A stretch of 63,463 nucleotides of DNA, counting the filler, from Octopus bimaculoides (Eukaryota), in assembly GCF_001194135.2 (NCBI RefSeq). It is 3 parts of 3 records of this genome, joined end to end, with 100 filler letters (N's around TTAATTAATTAA, not from the genome) between each part and the next. Parts side by side here need not be neighbours in the genome. Positions count along the whole stretch, not along the records: positions 57,898 to 63,463 come from NC_069006.1; 2 more parts are not named here. The stretch is one strand, 5' to 3'. This document shows positions 61,886-63,463 of this stretch, one piece after another. Below the pieces are notes generated by a model. The model did not search any database. It was not told the DNA's origin and saw only the letters and a program-made list of their open reading frames with translations. The translations under genes were made by a program, and so were the position numbers. Positions within the stretch are counted from its first letter, which is position 1. Every line of letters begins with the position of its first letter.

Positions 61886-63247
61886 CACCTTACCCTGTTT
61901 TAACACTTTCTATAACCCCACCAAACCTCCTACTTCTACCCCATCCCCTCTAATACTTCTTAACATTTAATCATTCCACCTTTGAATGCTTCTGCATTAT
62001 GATCTGGAATGTAAGCTCTTTACCCTGATGATGGAGGCTCAATTTATCCAAGGTTGATTGCTTCCATTATGGCCTGAATAGTGTGATGAACTACATCTAC
62101 CAGCATTATGATGGATGTCCGATCCCCCAGAAACAGCTGTTGGACTTATAACACCACTCTTCCACCCCATTAATTTTCTCTACTGTTTGTACTCTATATA
62201 AGTTGAATTTATTAATATAAATCTCTCTATATTTATACTTAAATACTCGTTGTCTGAAAGTTTCCACTTTTTGCTTTCTTTCATTTCACATCATCATCAT
62301 CATCATTGTCATAATTTAATGTCTGCTTTCAATGCTGGCATGGGTTGGACAGCTTGACTGAGGACTGGCAAACCGGGAAGCTGCACCAAGCTCCATCTGA
62401 TCTGTCAAGGTTTCTACAGTTGGATGCCCTTCCTAACGCCAACCACTCCGAGAGTGTAGTGGGTGCTTTTTATGTGCCACCTTCACAGGAGCCAGTCAGG
62501 GGGCACTGACATCAACCCATACTTGGATGGTGTTTATTACATGCCACCATTCATATATACATATATGTACATATTTTGTATTTCATACCCAAACTGTTAT
62601 ATTTAATATATCTAATCTGTTTATCTTCATAATTGCCTCCATATCTGCTCGACTCAATCCCCCTTACAGCCATCCTTTACCCCATGGAATTAATGCCCTG
62701 TAAAGACATCGGGATCTAAGAGCGAATCTTTTCAGCACTACCAAGGGTCTTCTATTCTGAGAATCTCTGGATCTTATCCATGGACTCTACCATCATCATC
62801 ATCATCATTATCATTTAACATCCATTGTCCAAGCTGGCATGGGTTGGACTGTTTGACCAAAGCTGGTAAGCTGGAAGGCTGCACCAGACTCCAGTCTGAT
62901 TTGGCGTGGTTTTCTATGGCTGGATGCCCTTCCTAATGGCAACCACTCCAAGAGTGTAACAGGTGCTTTTACGTGCCATTAGTGTGACACCAGTATCTGC
63001 CACGACTGTGATTTTACTCAGCTTCATGGCTCTTCTCCTCAAGCACGACATAATGACAAATGTCTTGGTGCTTCTTTCAGTTTCCCTTAGCCAAATCCAC
63101 CCGCAATGCTTTGGTCATCCCTGTAAAAGACACTTGCCCAATGTGTCACAGAGTGGGGCTGAACCTGAGACCATGTTGTTGGGAAGCAAACTTCTTACCA
63201 ATGCAGCCATGCCTACTGAACATGATCTGGAGTTGATTCAAGTCATT

Positions 63248-63330
63248 TTCCTCCTCTTCCTCTTCTTCCTCCTCCTCTTCCTCCTCCTCTTCCTCCTCCT
63301 CTCCTTCCTCCTATTCCTTCTCCTCTTCCC
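63248..63330. repeat. (CCT/CTT)n polypyrimidine tract
   Basis: ctcctcttcctcttcttcctcctcctc... Confidence 0.9.
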
Positions 63331-63463
63331 CTAAATTCGTAACCTTGAGCTACTGAAGTGAGAAGTCATAAATAATAGCTCGTTATTACTGTGTTAATTA
63401 GGATTTTATGGAGTTTTTATTTAAACGATCATAAAATTATATGACTAAGTTATATAAAAAAAA

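Overview
AT-rich, repeat-saturated eukaryotic scaffold with about 20 N-gaps (~5.2 kb in total) and dense (TA)n/(CA)n/(GATA)n/(AAT)n/(GAT)n microsatellites. The SINE families and overall texture look like an Octopus (cephalopod) genome; this is inference, not verified. No host protein-coding gene can be confidently identified. Nearly all ORFs in the supplied track are microsatellite or N artefacts, so the window is probably intronic or intergenic, with a few weak exon candidates. What can be supported: dozens of tRNA-headed SINE copies of several families; two decayed Tc1/mariner transposases; four TIR-bounded MITEs (two hAT-type with 8-bp TSDs, two mariner-type) and a long-TIR foldback element; a Penelope-like RT/GIY-YIG fragment; two R4/Dong-like LINE fragments; a probable RTE remnant; and two minisatellites. 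The most interesting signals are three. (i) Six minimal type-I hammerhead-ribozyme motifs of several unrelated flank families, most with palindromic stem III. One (21133-21177) is intact and forms the 3' tail of a tRNA-headed SINE, suggesting a ribozyme-carrying, possibly Penelope-mobilised SINE. (ii) An ~820-bp minisatellite (21873-22696) built from overlapping STAT/kB/ETS/HSE-like words at 21-bp spacing. (iii) Repeated placement of SINE/LINE elements inside (TAA)n tracts alongside Dong-like LINE fragments. SINE boundaries are approximate, read by eye.
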